From positions 1 to 64,000 of IMG/VR virus record IMGVR_UViG_3300044638_006409: 64,000 nucleotides of DNA; one strand, 5' to 3'. Source of the stretch: a virus. Shown here piece after piece: positions 28,801 to 38,399 of the stretch. Made by a program: the position numbers and the translations under genes. The number at the start of each line of letters is the position of its first letter. Positions within the stretch are counted from its first letter, which is position 1. The notes below the pieces were generated by a model, which ran no database searches, was not told the origin of the DNA, and saw only the letters and a list, made by a program, of their open reading frames with translations.

Positions 28801-31800
28801 TATTGAATACCCCATATTTTATAAACTCAATTCAAAGGGGAATACAAAATTTTAGGGACAATGAAACCTATCCATTTGTTGCATCAGCTTATTTGTTTTT
28901 GAATAGTCTCCCACTTTCAACTTTAAGGGAAACTTATAAAACATTAGGTGACTCGTCTAATCCTGAAGATTTGAGTTATATTTTCGCAACATTTAAAAAA
29001 TTTGGTGGTGTTCACAAGTTACCTTTTGCTTGGATTTTGAAAATGGGTTCAATATGGCATCGATATAAAACATTTATTAATGATGGAAGAGACATCATTG
29101 AAACATCTTGGAGTGGTTTTTCATACTTAAACAATTATGATCCAGTAACTAATGACTCCGAAAAGGAATATAACTTAATCATCAATAATTCACAAATTGA
29201 TATTATTCTCCAAAAAAATTCGGTCTTTGGTTCAGGTCCGAATCCAGAAACCTCGACTTTAATCAATGTTGGATTCTACCCCAAATTAATAAATGACTTT
29301 AGTGTCTTTTACTTAGGTTATCCAATAATTGCGACTGATTATCAAATCAATGGTGTATGTGATGTTCAAGGAACAACACTCACAATTATTAATATACAAG
29401 GCTCACTTCAAGTTGGGGATATTCTTAGTGGGTTGGGAATACCAGCGGGAACAACGATTCTTTCACAAATTAATAATTCTCAATTCCAATTAAACAACTC
29501 GTTCAATATAACAAATTCAACCTTTATTGTTACGAATAGACGAGCAGATGGTTATACAAGTTTAGATATACAGAGCGCAATAACATCTGGGTTGACATTC
29601 AATTATGTCAATACAGCAATAGTTAATTTACCTGAGGGTTTTGATAGTTCGAATTCAAAACGAGATTGTAGAATTATACCTTGGTCTATGACTGTGAGAA
29701 CTAATGATGGCAATTTCGAATACCCCTTACCATCTCATGGTTCTTTGTTTAATCAAACTAAAAACGAGTGTATCAAAAATGGAAAGAAACAAATCGAAGT
29801 TTTGAACAATCAAGCTATGTACGATGGTTCTGTACGACTATTTTGGGGTGCACCCAATTTTGGTTACTATGACAATGCCAAAGTTTCTAAACCATCACCT
29901 TACGAGTATTTAAATTTCATAAATAACAATACTAATAATCAGGAAAACTTTAGTATTAGGAATTCATATACTCAAATCAGTGAAATATTTTCAGTTTTTG
30001 AAAAATCAGTTTTAGATAATTTTGAAAATGAATTTCTTAAATTCTCAAAATCAATTTATGATTATGCTGATTCTAGTTTATTTGAAACATCAAATAAATT
30101 AGCTGTAAGTAATCAGGTAGGTGATGTGGAAGCTTCATATAGGAATTTTCAGTACTTGATGAGAAAAATGATGGTACTTACCGTGACCACTGGTGACACT
30201 GGTGATAAAATGGTTGAATTATTGCAAGAAAAACAACTCACAGAGTTTAATAATTACATACAAGGATTTCTTAATTATGATATTATTTTTAAGTTCGGAA
30301 ATCCATCTTCTTATGACAAAAAGTTATTTTATTCATTCTCTAATTTACAGATAATAGATGGTTTTGAGTTTGACAGATACACATTACAAACCCCAAATAC
30401 CCTACCAACCCAAGGTGGAAATATAACTTTGAGTGCCTCAAGGAGTGACCCTAGAAATACTTTAGCGTGGAAAGCTTTATTAACCTATGTTGGATTTTCT
30501 GAAATACCTGAACTTCAATATAAAGATAATGGTTCATACATCACTGACTTTTTTGTTGATTTAAATATTGCATTCACTCAAAGAAATGTTGAGTTGTTTG
30601 CCCCTATGATAAAGATTTATGCTACACAAAAACTAAATCAATTTCAAACTAATCCGATTCCGAAACCTGCACCACCAGTCGGACCTATCGGTAATTTAGT
30701 TTCCGTTGCAACACTAAGAGATAATTTTACAATCAACATATATGTGTCAGGACCTAGTAAGTGGGGTGTGTATAAAACACCAAATGGTGAGGTGTCTTTT
30801 GAAGGAACTAAAAGTTTCCAAACTAATTATCAGATTATAATTGATGAAATAATATTGATTATATATGGAAGTTTGGCAACAAACCCAAATCAAAACCAAT
30901 ATATTGTTAATATACAACAAGCGCAAAATACTGAACAAGAAAATTACCCACAGGTACCAAATCCATCTACAGGTATAAGTAAGGGTATATTTTTTGAATC
31001 AATGACTAACTATTTGTTAAAAATTGAAGATTTTATAGGAAAAATATTGGACAACATTAATGGTAAATTAACTAACGAGCTCGAATCGATAACAAACATC
31101 ACTTTAGAAAAACTTGACTCTGAAATAAGGGATGCCCCAAAAACAAAAATAGAGTTGTATGATATGTTTAAAGCATTCAACGACAAATGGATTGCAGGTG
31201 GTGACTTTAAAAATAGAACTTTATTCGAAGACATTTTAATTTTAGACCGAGCAAGTAGAAACATCGGAGATATTATTCTTATTGATTTATTTAAACTTTC
31301 TGAATTGTTAGATTTTATAAGTCCCGAAAATACAATGGAGGGATTAATTAAAACTATTCTCCACGATAACAGATTTGTCTATATGAATTTACCATCGTAT
31401 GTAAATTTTTATGGTGTTCAAGATGCTGTTAAGAACCCTAAACCTAAAACTGAGGGTTCTTTAGAATTCGCAAATTCTTTGTTTGGTACATTTACAAATG
31501 TTGATTACACTGAATCTCGTTCCAAATTGGTATGTTTTTTCCCTGGTAAACCTAGTGAACAATTAGCAATAAATAACATTGATTGGAGATATAGAAATGA
31601 TGCTTTTGACTTAAGGAGAACTGATAATCCTTTGGTTGAGGAACAGACAGGAAAGAAAGATTTTGATAAGTCAAATAGAGTTGTTGGATTCAATGTTGAT
31701 ATTGGAATTCAGAACCAATCAATCTTTAAAAGTTTCACAGTGGGTCAAGAAAATGGATTGTCAACTGCCGAATCTTTACAAATATTGAATGATATGGCCA

Positions 31801-32762
31801 ACCAATCTGGTGGTCGCCAAGGTACTACTCAAAGTGTTTCTCTTTATAACCTATACAAAAATAGAAGTTATACTTGTAGTATATCAATGATGGGAAATGC
31901 ACTTATTCAACCAACGATGTATTTCAATTTAAGATATGTTCCTATGTTTTATGGTGCATATTATATTACAGAAGTTAACCATTCAATAAGTCAGGGAGAA
32001 TTCAGTACTGACATTGTGGGTGTAAGACAAGCGACAGCTGCTTTATCTAAAATTGATGATTACTTACAAAATTTGAAGTACAACTTTGTTAGAAATATTA
32101 TAGACCAAAGAAGAAATGAAATAAAACAACAAAAGGCTGAGATTCAAAGAGGGGCAAGACTTGAAGAACAAGCAATCAAGTATATCACGGAGGGTATTAA
32201 ACCTTTATCAACATTATCAAATCGTGAACTTCAAGTTGGCGCACCTTACGAAGATTTCAGACAAGTCAGTCCTGATAAAATTACAATTACACTTAAGTTT
32301 TTGAAAGAAACTTTAAAACAAAAAACAGCAAATGAAAATATTCGTTTGTGTGTTTTCTCTTGGTTCTATTTCAGTTCGATATATAATCAATCCTTGGAAG
32401 CAAGAGGTTATAATTTTGGTAACATTGTTTTAACTCGATCCGCTCGATGGAGTGACCCATTAATCACAAAATATTTTCCGAAAAAAGAATATTATTGTTC
32501 AAGTGACCAAAATCCATTATTTTTAGTTGTATTCCCAAGTTTGGACAAAGTGGTTGATTTTTTCATTGAAAGGTGGACACCATTAATTAATCAATTGAAA
32601 GGGACAACACCTACTAATGTCTTTGAATTTACATACATCAACTCTAATGTTGACATCAGTTTAGGTAAAAGAGAGTGGGAAAGTATTAAAAATCAAACAG
32701 ATACTTTTGACGCACAACTTTTAATTATTGGTAAAGGTATACAAGCATTTAATGCAATATAG
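25857..32762 (+). CDS. Very large baseplate hub protein (gp27/late control D-like), 2301 aa
   Basis: Follows the LysM gene. C-proximal YTCSISMMGNALIQPTMYF...GAYYITEVNHSISQGEFST is typical of hub proteins. Confidence 0.6.
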   Translation: MVDNSENILVEFDYNNIFLVDPNKVIDNNGKAQDRLIKHENLVIYANLECKVLPRTKLALGVASNDAVQNITVASINFLNPGKKTYLDNSYTDELTGKDTLQGRGVNQPKLEKVGFTNEKKEPDYFIRQQTLSSGRLGSVDNGLLGITSISIRQNTSMEPQVTIQMEDVKGRALFESGDNSPYAPFFNLPYPLFYLTIKGYFGKAIRLPLMLHKFNARYDTSNGNFKIQLDFFTYKFSLLSEVAVGSLQAVPHMYTSKFNVTKINNTLSPTDTKTPETITRGYQKIKEVYSDYISKGLLPDNFPQLTLVQLQNNLKLFLKNELGEFTKQNLKPITDADTYLDVLNQYRGEIKNYETSWFNTYCDRQQNFFIIQRGNELIPIFTLKEGYRTDPNNKKEAQSKLLEIVNRYNNLLSENETFGKNKTYTIGNKPPVKSEINNRIQFDSFQKGGTFVFNTPIDFGTQAGEGNVRLDETWRLKKSVAQPTVPDYQTLRKELINSDIAKNTDDYPFFYFSGTGSFNECIDQMEKDLNTLINQIEEEITTELSFFLQNKTSTLGFKPTIRNVLGVIFANGEAFMRLLDDTHSKAWDARDNKDKKAVIFDPAISSASPDIPQLGQTLNQPVYPWPQFIVQTGGQNGKEKYEIKYPADSDVIGRTKANNPNVWPEVEFVEEYIRGFTKRLAAPNFGVTTNNELKDVLRLSFNAIEFPIENNVYFNKEEVKFYYEIYERILWISNYSKLSRSYNFTSALDKITTVIADSEVTNIKNSLGKDNPFLSDKLKNYAVNLTNLKQFSNGGFGESWQNFIRGIFNTSYIKNKTENAQIEFFLPNFLNNSVTTPKADITSIEKLQTYISDNSETNVFDFTDTYPFTNKQWITQYLSNGVEFTNPILAFDTRKSVFYNDLKKTITNFEKNGENRNFNRPFSNFSYLNKTPTNFLSQGLTPPLKTFYENRQSNQTFITEGRVEYSNYNDGLVSAKQTTSILNTPYFINSIQRGIQNFRDNETYPFVASAYLFLNSLPLSTLRETYKTLGDSSNPEDLSYIFATFKKFGGVHKLPFAWILKMGSIWHRYKTFINDGRDIIETSWSGFSYLNNYDPVTNDSEKEYNLIINNSQIDIILQKNSVFGSGPNPETSTLINVGFYPKLINDFSVFYLGYPIIATDYQINGVCDVQGTTLTIINIQGSLQVGDILSGLGIPAGTTILSQINNSQFQLNNSFNITNSTFIVTNRRADGYTSLDIQSAITSGLTFNYVNTAIVNLPEGFDSSNSKRDCRIIPWSMTVRTNDGNFEYPLPSHGSLFNQTKNECIKNGKKQIEVLNNQAMYDGSVRLFWGAPNFGYYDNAKVSKPSPYEYLNFINNNTNNQENFSIRNSYTQISEIFSVFEKSVLDNFENEFLKFSKSIYDYADSSLFETSNKLAVSNQVGDVEASYRNFQYLMRKMMVLTVTTGDTGDKMVELLQEKQLTEFNNYIQGFLNYDIIFKFGNPSSYDKKLFYSFSNLQIIDGFEFDRYTLQTPNTLPTQGGNITLSASRSDPRNTLAWKALLTYVGFSEIPELQYKDNGSYITDFFVDLNIAFTQRNVELFAPMIKIYATQKLNQFQTNPIPKPAPPVGPIGNLVSVATLRDNFTINIYVSGPSKWGVYKTPNGEVSFEGTKSFQTNYQIIIDEIILIIYGSLATNPNQNQYIVNIQQAQNTEQENYPQVPNPSTGISKGIFFESMTNYLLKIEDFIGKILDNINGKLTNELESITNITLEKLDSEIRDAPKTKIELYDMFKAFNDKWIAGGDFKNRTLFEDILILDRASRNIGDIILIDLFKLSELLDFISPENTMEGLIKTILHDNRFVYMNLPSYVNFYGVQDAVKNPKPKTEGSLEFANSLFGTFTNVDYTESRSKLVCFFPGKPSEQLAINNIDWRYRNDAFDLRRTDNPLVEEQTGKKDFDKSNRVVGFNVDIGIQNQSIFKSFTVGQENGLSTAESLQILNDMANQSGGRQGTTQSVSLYNLYKNRSYTCSISMMGNALIQPTMYFNLRYVPMFYGAYYITEVNHSISQGEFSTDIVGVRQATAALSKIDDYLQNLKYNFVRNIIDQRRNEIKQQKAEIQRGARLEEQAIKYITEGIKPLSTLSNRELQVGAPYEDFRQVSPDKITITLKFLKETLKQKTANENIRLCVFSWFYFSSIYNQSLEARGYNFGNIVLTRSARWSDPLITKYFPKKEYYCSSDQNPLFLVVFPSLDKVVDFFIERWTPLINQLKGTTPTNVFEFTYINSNVDISLGKREWESIKNQTDTFDAQLLIIGKGIQAFNAI

Positions 32763-32785
32763 TGATATTTATAAATAAAATTATT

Positions 32786-33010
32786 ATGAGCGTAAAATTA
32801 ATTTTAGATAGTTACTTAGGTAAAAATACAAAAACAACTGAAAAAGATTTAGGTGATGGTACTAAACAAGTTTGTGATTTAGATACTGGTGAATGTTATG
32901 TTGTTAGAATGAAAGATGGTCTAATAGAAAGAGTTGACAATACAATGAGAACAAATAAAAGAATCCAAGTGGAAACACAAACTGGGATAAAACAACTATT
33001 AAACGGATAG
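32786..33010 (+). CDS. Hypothetical protein
   Basis: ATG at 32786 just after TATTTATA (32766-32773); contains VCDLDTGEC. Confidence 0.7.
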   Translation: MSVKLILDSYLGKNTKTTEKDLGDGTKQVCDLDTGECYVVRMKDGLIERVDNTMRTNKRIQVETQTGIKQLLNG

Positions 33011-33014
33011 AAAA

Positions 33015-33698
33015 ATGCGAATCGACCACAAGATTTTAAATGAACTTAGTAGATACAAGGAAATAAATAACTATATTATGGAACAAGATGTTCCACCACC
33101 ACCTCCCCCAGCAGGAGATGTACCACCAGTAGGTGGGGCAACACCACCTCCACCACCTGGTGATACTGGTGCTATGTTACCACCTCCTCCTACAGCACCA
33201 ACAACAAGTGATGTTCCTGCAACACCGGTGGATACTGAAGCAGACCCTGATGTTGAAAAAGTTGAAGACGAAAACTCTAAGAAAGTTGAGGTAACTGATT
33301 TAGTAAAAAGTCAGAAATCTGTGGAAGAAAAACAAGATGAATACTTTGAAAATCTTTTCAACCATTTAAACGACTTAGAAAGTAAACTTTCTGCTATGGA
33401 TGGTATTATTGAAAAATTGAATAATATTGAAACTAAAATTGAAAAATATAGAACTAAAACACCTGAAGAAAAATTGGAACTGAGAACTTTAGATTCAGGT
33501 CCTTTTAATCAAAAATTAAGTCAATTCTTTGAAGACAAAGAAGAAGAGATGGAAATGACAGGTAAAAATGAATATGTTTTAACTCCAGACGAAGTTGAAA
33601 GTTATTCACCAAGTGACATCAAAAGAAGTTTTAGAAATTTCGGAGAAGATGAAATGACACCTGAAGATGATATGAGTAAATTCAAAAAAATATATTAG
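33015..33698 (+). CDS. Proline-rich, acidic coiled-coil protein (possible internal head/scaffold-like)
   Basis: Poly-Pro tracts then heptad-like LNDLESKLSAMDGIIEKLNNIETKIE. Function inferred only. Confidence 0.6.
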   Translation: MRIDHKILNELSRYKEINNYIMEQDVPPPPPPAGDVPPVGGATPPPPPGDTGAMLPPPPTAPTTSDVPATPVDTEADPDVEKVEDENSKKVEVTDLVKSQKSVEEKQDEYFENLFNHLNDLESKLSAMDGIIEKLNNIETKIEKYRTKTPEEKLELRTLDSGPFNQKLSQFFEDKEEEMEMTGKNEYVLTPDEVESYSPSDIKRSFRNFGEDEMTPEDDMSKFKKIY

Positions 33699-33705
33699 AA
33701 CTTAA

Positions 33706-33737
33706 TTTGACAAACCCACGGCTGACACTTACTATTG
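33706..33737 (+). promoter_or_regulatory. Host-type promoter of the replication operon
   Basis: TTTG(33706)-N20-TACTATTG(33730), one mismatch from Bacteroidota TTTG/TAnnTTTG. It also reads as TTGACA-N17-TACTAT. Confidence 0.65.
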
Positions 33738-33774
33738 TGTATAATATTTCTTAACAAAAAACTTTTTAAACATT

Positions 33775-34626
33775 ATGGCGACAAACCCATTAGATGCTAT
33801 TTTAGCTCAGTACGAACAATCACAAAAATCAGGTAGCAATACCAACAAAATGTCTCAAGATGAGAGAATGAAGAAATACTTCGCAGCTCTTCTTAAGGAC
33901 AATGAAAAACAAGGACAAAAAAGATTAAGAATCCTTCCAACTACAGATGGAAGCTCACCTTTCAAAGAGGTGTGGTTTCACGAAATCCAAGTAGATGGTA
34001 AATGGCAAAAGTTCTATGACCCAGGTAAAAATGATAATGAGCGTTCTCCACTTACAGAAGTATATGAAGAACTTATGTCAACTGGTAGAGATGCCGACAA
34101 AGAACTTGCAAAACAATACAAACCTCGTAAATTTTACATTGTTAAACTTATCGACAGAGATAATGAAAACGATGGAGTTAAGTTTTGGAGATTCAAACAC
34201 AACTACAAAAACGAAGGTATCTTAGATAAACTTATTCCTATCTTTAGAGCAAAAGGTGATGTAACCGATTCTCAAAAAGGTAGAGATATTATCTTAGAGA
34301 TGACCAAAGCAAAAACCCCAAAGGGTGCGACATATACAGTTATTCAAACTATTATGTATGATGACCCAGCTCCACTCCACGAAAACAAAGAAACGGCTGA
34401 AGGTTGGTTAAATGATGAACTATCTTGGGCTGATGTTTACTCTAAAAAACCAGTAGAATACTTGGAAGCTATTGCCAAAGGTGAAACACCAAGATGGGAT
34501 AGTGAAAAGGGTGGTTATGTTTATAGTAACTCAGATTCAGGTGAAGTTGTATTAGGTGGTAAATCCACACCAACTTATTTGGACGATTCTGATGATTTCG
34601 AACCAAGTGGTGACCTTCCGTTCTAA
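33775..34626 (+). CDS. Single-stranded DNA-binding protein (T4 gp32-like)
   Basis: RLRILP...PFKEVWFH, GRDIIL, acidic tail ending GDLPF; first gene of the replication cluster. Confidence 0.75.
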   Translation: MATNPLDAILAQYEQSQKSGSNTNKMSQDERMKKYFAALLKDNEKQGQKRLRILPTTDGSSPFKEVWFHEIQVDGKWQKFYDPGKNDNERSPLTEVYEELMSTGRDADKELAKQYKPRKFYIVKLIDRDNENDGVKFWRFKHNYKNEGILDKLIPIFRAKGDVTDSQKGRDIILEMTKAKTPKGATYTVIQTIMYDDPAPLHENKETAEGWLNDELSWADVYSKKPVEYLEAIAKGETPRWDSEKGGYVYSNSDSGEVVLGGKSTPTYLDDSDDFEPSGDLPF

Positions 34627-34642
34627 AAATATTTTTTAACCC

Positions 34643-34673
34643 GAACCCCATTAACAAAGTGGGGTTCATTTTT
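34643..34673 (+). terminator. Intrinsic terminator after SSB
   Basis: GAACCCCA...TGGGGTTC followed by ATTTTT. Confidence 0.7.
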
Positions 34674-34684
34674 AATCAAAAAAA

Positions 34685-34912
34685 ATGAAAATTCAAAAAA
34701 AGATGATTGATGCTCTCACTTATAAATATGAAAGTGAGATATCTGAGGCTGAGGCTACTCTCTGGATTTATTTTAATAATCCTGTTGCTATTGGTGAACA
34801 TCCACAACACTTGGAAGAAATGGACAAGTATGTTGAGAAAATGGCTAATGCTAAAGACAAACTGGAAACATTAAAAGAATTCGTAAAATACAATTTAAAC
34901 AATGGCAATTAA
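34685..34912 (+). CDS. Small phage hypothetical protein
   Basis: 75 aa helical hairpin with NPVAIGEHP, a motif I recall from small myovirus proteins. Confidence 0.75.
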   Translation: MKIQKKMIDALTYKYESEISEAEATLWIYFNNPVAIGEHPQHLEEMDKYVEKMANAKDKLETLKEFVKYNLNNGN

Positions 34913-35906
34913 GAAAACGGATTTCAGTAGTATTAAAAAGAAGTTCTCTACCTCAGCAAAGTACAAACAACAAAGATACTTTGACTTGGGTACTGAGTTC
35001 TTGGATGCTGTTGGATTACCAGGTCCTGCTGTAGGTCACCTAAATATGTTTTTAGGTCACTCTGATACTGGTAAAACAACTGCTTTAGTAAAAACTGCAG
35101 TAGATGCTCAGAGAAAGGGTATTCTACCTGTGTTTATTATTACAGAACAAAAATGGAGTTTTGAACACGCTAAATTGATGGGACTACAATGTGAAGAAGT
35201 TGTGGACGAAGAAACTGGTGAAGTTGACTGGGATGGTTTTTATATCTTCAACAATAACTTCGAATATATTGAACAAATCACAGATTATATCAACGACTTA
35301 CTTGATGCACAAGAAAAAGGTGACCTTGAATATAGTTTATGTTTTATGTGGGACTCAGTTGGGTCAATTCCTTGTAAAATGACTTTTGAAGGTAAAGGTG
35401 GAAAACAACATAACGCATCAGTTCTTGCTGATAAAATTGGTATGGGTATTAATCAAAGAATCTCAGGTTCTAGAAAAGCAGATTCAAAGTTTGAAAATAC
35501 TTTGATTATCGTGAACCAACCATGGGTTGAATTACCTGACAATCCTTTTGGACAACCAAAAATTAAAGCTAAAGGTGGTGAAGCAATATGGTTGAACTCT
35601 TCTTTGGTATTTTTGTTTGGTAATCAAAAAGGAGCTGGTACAACTAAGATTACGGCAACTAAAGATAAAAGAAGTGTTAAGTTTGCATCAAGAACTAAAG
35701 TATCTGTATTGAAGAACCATATTAATGGTTTGGGATATGATGATGGTAAGATAATTGTAACTCCCCACGGATTCTTATCAGGTAAAGATACAACTGAAGA
35801 AAAAGCTTCTATTGAAAAATATAAGAAAGAATACGCAGATTATTGGAAAGATTTATTAGGTTTGGAGGGAGATTTTGATTTGAAAGAAGAAAGAGAACAT
35901 GAATAA
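34902..35906 (+). CDS. RecA/UvsX-like recombinase
   Basis: Walker A GHSDTGKTT, catalytic Glu in ITEQK, Walker B FMWDSVG, IIVNQ, KGG. Confidence 0.88.
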   Translation: MAIKKTDFSSIKKKFSTSAKYKQQRYFDLGTEFLDAVGLPGPAVGHLNMFLGHSDTGKTTALVKTAVDAQRKGILPVFIITEQKWSFEHAKLMGLQCEEVVDEETGEVDWDGFYIFNNNFEYIEQITDYINDLLDAQEKGDLEYSLCFMWDSVGSIPCKMTFEGKGGKQHNASVLADKIGMGINQRISGSRKADSKFENTLIIVNQPWVELPDNPFGQPKIKAKGGEAIWLNSSLVFLFGNQKGAGTTKITATKDKRSVKFASRTKVSVLKNHINGLGYDDGKIIVTPHGFLSGKDTTEEKASIEKYKKEYADYWKDLLGLEGDFDLKEEREHE

Positions 35907-36906
35907 ACTAAAAGTAATATCACTATTTTCGGGTTATGGTACACAAGAGTTGGCACTGAAATACATCGGTGCTAACTATGAAGATGTTGCAAATTGTGAC
36001 ATCCTTAAAGTTGCGAACATAGCTTATGATTCATTACACGAGACAACATTGGGTAACTTGGGGGACATATCAAAGGTAAACGAAGATAGTTTCCCCCAAT
36101 GTGACCTGATGACCTATTCTTTCCCTTGTCAAGATATATCAATATCAGGGGTACAAAAGGGTATTCAAAAAGGTACAAGAAGTGGTTTGTTATATGAAGT
36201 TGAAAGGATTTTGACAAAGAACCAACCGAAGTATCTTTTGATGGAGAATGTTAAAAACTTGGTATCACATAATCACATTGAGAACTTCAAAGCTCATATT
36301 TCATTCTTAAATGAATTGGGTTATGGTTGTTCTTGGAAGGTATTGAATGGCGCCGACTTTGGTTGTCCACAGAATAGAGAGAGGGTGTTTATGATGTCCG
36401 TATTTGGTTTGACAAATAATGAAGTTGAAACAATTATGAGTGGTGTTGAGAAACATAAGAAAGATAGAGTTCCTATGAGACCATTCATCGAAAATGAGAT
36501 TACAGAGGACTTATTTATCACTTGTGACATTACACCTAACCATCCCAAAAAAGATAGTGTGTGCAAACTTGTGGCAAGGAGAAACGATGTTAACTACGAC
36601 CAAGCAAGACGAGTTTATTCGATTGATGGTTGTTCCCCTTGTTTAACAACAACTGGTTCACCACAGATTATGGTTGATGGAAGAATAAGAACTATCACAG
36701 GAAGAGAGGCTTACAGATTTATGGGTGTTAGAGAAGAAGATATTGATAAATTATTATCAACAAGTTTAACAACTAAGAACCACGTAGCTTTAGCTGGTAA
36801 TTCCATTTGTGTACCAGTAATGGAAGCTATCTTTACAGAGTTTTTGGGTGAGTATATCTCACAAACAGAAGTAAAAAAATCGTTCACACAATTAAGTTTA
36901 TTTTAA
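35899..36906 (+). CDS. DNA (cytosine-5)-methyltransferase, M.SssI-like
   Basis: Motif I SLFSGYG, IV TYSFPCQDIS, VI MENV, VIII PQNRER, X AGNS. Confidence 0.95.
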   Translation: MNKLKVISLFSGYGTQELALKYIGANYEDVANCDILKVANIAYDSLHETTLGNLGDISKVNEDSFPQCDLMTYSFPCQDISISGVQKGIQKGTRSGLLYEVERILTKNQPKYLLMENVKNLVSHNHIENFKAHISFLNELGYGCSWKVLNGADFGCPQNRERVFMMSVFGLTNNEVETIMSGVEKHKKDRVPMRPFIENEITEDLFITCDITPNHPKKDSVCKLVARRNDVNYDQARRVYSIDGCSPCLTTTGSPQIMVDGRIRTITGREAYRFMGVREEDIDKLLSTSLTTKNHVALAGNSICVPVMEAIFTEFLGEYISQTEVKKSFTQLSLF

Positions 36907-37914
36907 ATGACAAGAACATTATTGGTCGATGGAAACAACCTCATGAAGATAGGTTTCCATGGTGTGAAAGATTATTATCATAATGGTAATCATATTGGGG
37001 GTATATGGCATTTCCTAAACACTATTAGAAGATTCATTGAAGAATATAACTTTGACAAGGCGGTAGTGTTTTGGGATGGCGAAGGAAATTCAAGTAAGAG
37101 AAAAATCATTTACCCCCAATATAAAGAAAACAGAATCCAAGAATCTAACGAGTTTAAGGTTCAATCATTTACCTATCAAAAAGAGAGGGTAAAACAATAC
37201 TTGGAGGAGATGTTTATTCGTCAAGTGAACATAGAAAATAACGAAGCTGATGACTTAATTGCTTATTATTGTCAAATAGCGACTGACGAAAAGATTACCA
37301 TTTTTTCATCGGATAAAGATTTAACCCAACTTATATCACAGAATGTTTCCATTTATTCACCATCAGCCAAGCAATTGTATAGTTTTGGTGATAAAATTAA
37401 ACTTAAAGAACATGAGATTCCTCACAACAATATTTTAACATATAAAATATTAGCTGGAGATAAATCTGACAATATTGATGGAATATATTATTTGGGGGAT
37501 AAAACTTTATTTAAATTATTTCCCGAACTACTTGAACAAGATGTAACAATTAACGATATTTTATCCAAGGCTGAAAATCTCCTCAAAGAAGATAAAGAGA
37601 ATAACACACTCAAAAATCTTTTAACAGGTAAGACAAAGACAGGAATTTATGGGGAAGAATTTTTTCAAATCAACCAAAAGATTGTAGATTTGTCAGACCC
37701 ATTGATAGATGATGAGGGGAGAGAGGTGGTTGAATTATATTATAAGGAAACACTTGACCCCGATGGAAGAGGACATCGAAATCTAATTAAAATGATGATG
37801 GAAGATGGATTCTTCAAGTTCTTACCAAAAGGAGATGATGCTTGGGTGAACTTCTTAAAACCCTTTTTAAAACTAACAAGAAAAGAAAAACACAATTTTA
37901 AAACAAAAAAGTAA
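36907..37914 (+). CDS. 5'-3' exonuclease/flap endonuclease (PolI N-terminal, T4 RNase H-like)
   Basis: LLVDGNN, YKENR, EADDLIA, SSDKDLTQL, GDKSDNIDGI. Confidence 0.93.
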   Translation: MTRTLLVDGNNLMKIGFHGVKDYYHNGNHIGGIWHFLNTIRRFIEEYNFDKAVVFWDGEGNSSKRKIIYPQYKENRIQESNEFKVQSFTYQKERVKQYLEEMFIRQVNIENNEADDLIAYYCQIATDEKITIFSSDKDLTQLISQNVSIYSPSAKQLYSFGDKIKLKEHEIPHNNILTYKILAGDKSDNIDGIYYLGDKTLFKLFPELLEQDVTINDILSKAENLLKEDKENNTLKNLLTGKTKTGIYGEEFFQINQKIVDLSDPLIDDEGREVVELYYKETLDPDGRGHRNLIKMMMEDGFFKFLPKGDDAWVNFLKPFLKLTRKEKHNFKTKK

Positions 37915-37919
37915 AAACA

Positions 37920-38372
37920 ATGAGAGAGCAAGACATTACCAAATTGGAGTTCTTAATGATGGTTAACGACAACATCATAGTTCAAAGATACTTCAATGTT
38001 AGAGATTACAATCCTGATGCAAGAAATTCAGTTGATTTCAAAGAGTATATGGATGATTTAATCCATAACTTGAATTATCAACTTAAGATGAAAGCTGTGA
38101 GTTATTTGTTGGAGAATCAATATGATATCACAAACAAACCTGACATCCTTAATACCTCCTATGTAGATGGCCCTGAGTACTTTAACATTTATTTAAAACA
38201 AGGGGACAAGTTACTTTGTCATAGAAGATTTGACGCTAAAATCTACCCTCCAAAGATTAGATACACAGTTGACATCAGACAAACAATCAAAGGAATTTTA
38301 TCAGAATTAACTAGTTTATTTTCAGCAAGAGACCTTTCTTTTGATTATCTTGGACTTAATACAAGAGTGTAA
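37920..38372 (+). CDS. Hypothetical protein in replication operon
   Basis: 150-aa ORF tightly packed between exonuclease and helicase. Confidence 0.75.
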   Translation: MREQDITKLEFLMMVNDNIIVQRYFNVRDYNPDARNSVDFKEYMDDLIHNLNYQLKMKAVSYLLENQYDITNKPDILNTSYVDGPEYFNIYLKQGDKLLCHRRFDAKIYPPKIRYTVDIRQTIKGILSELTSLFSARDLSFDYLGLNTRV

Positions 38373-38399
38373 TATTTATTCATACAACAAATTTAAACT

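Noticed and set aside
33090-33200. CCA/CCT-rich repeats as a possible array
   Set aside because: They encode poly-proline tracts; there is no repeat-spacer structure.
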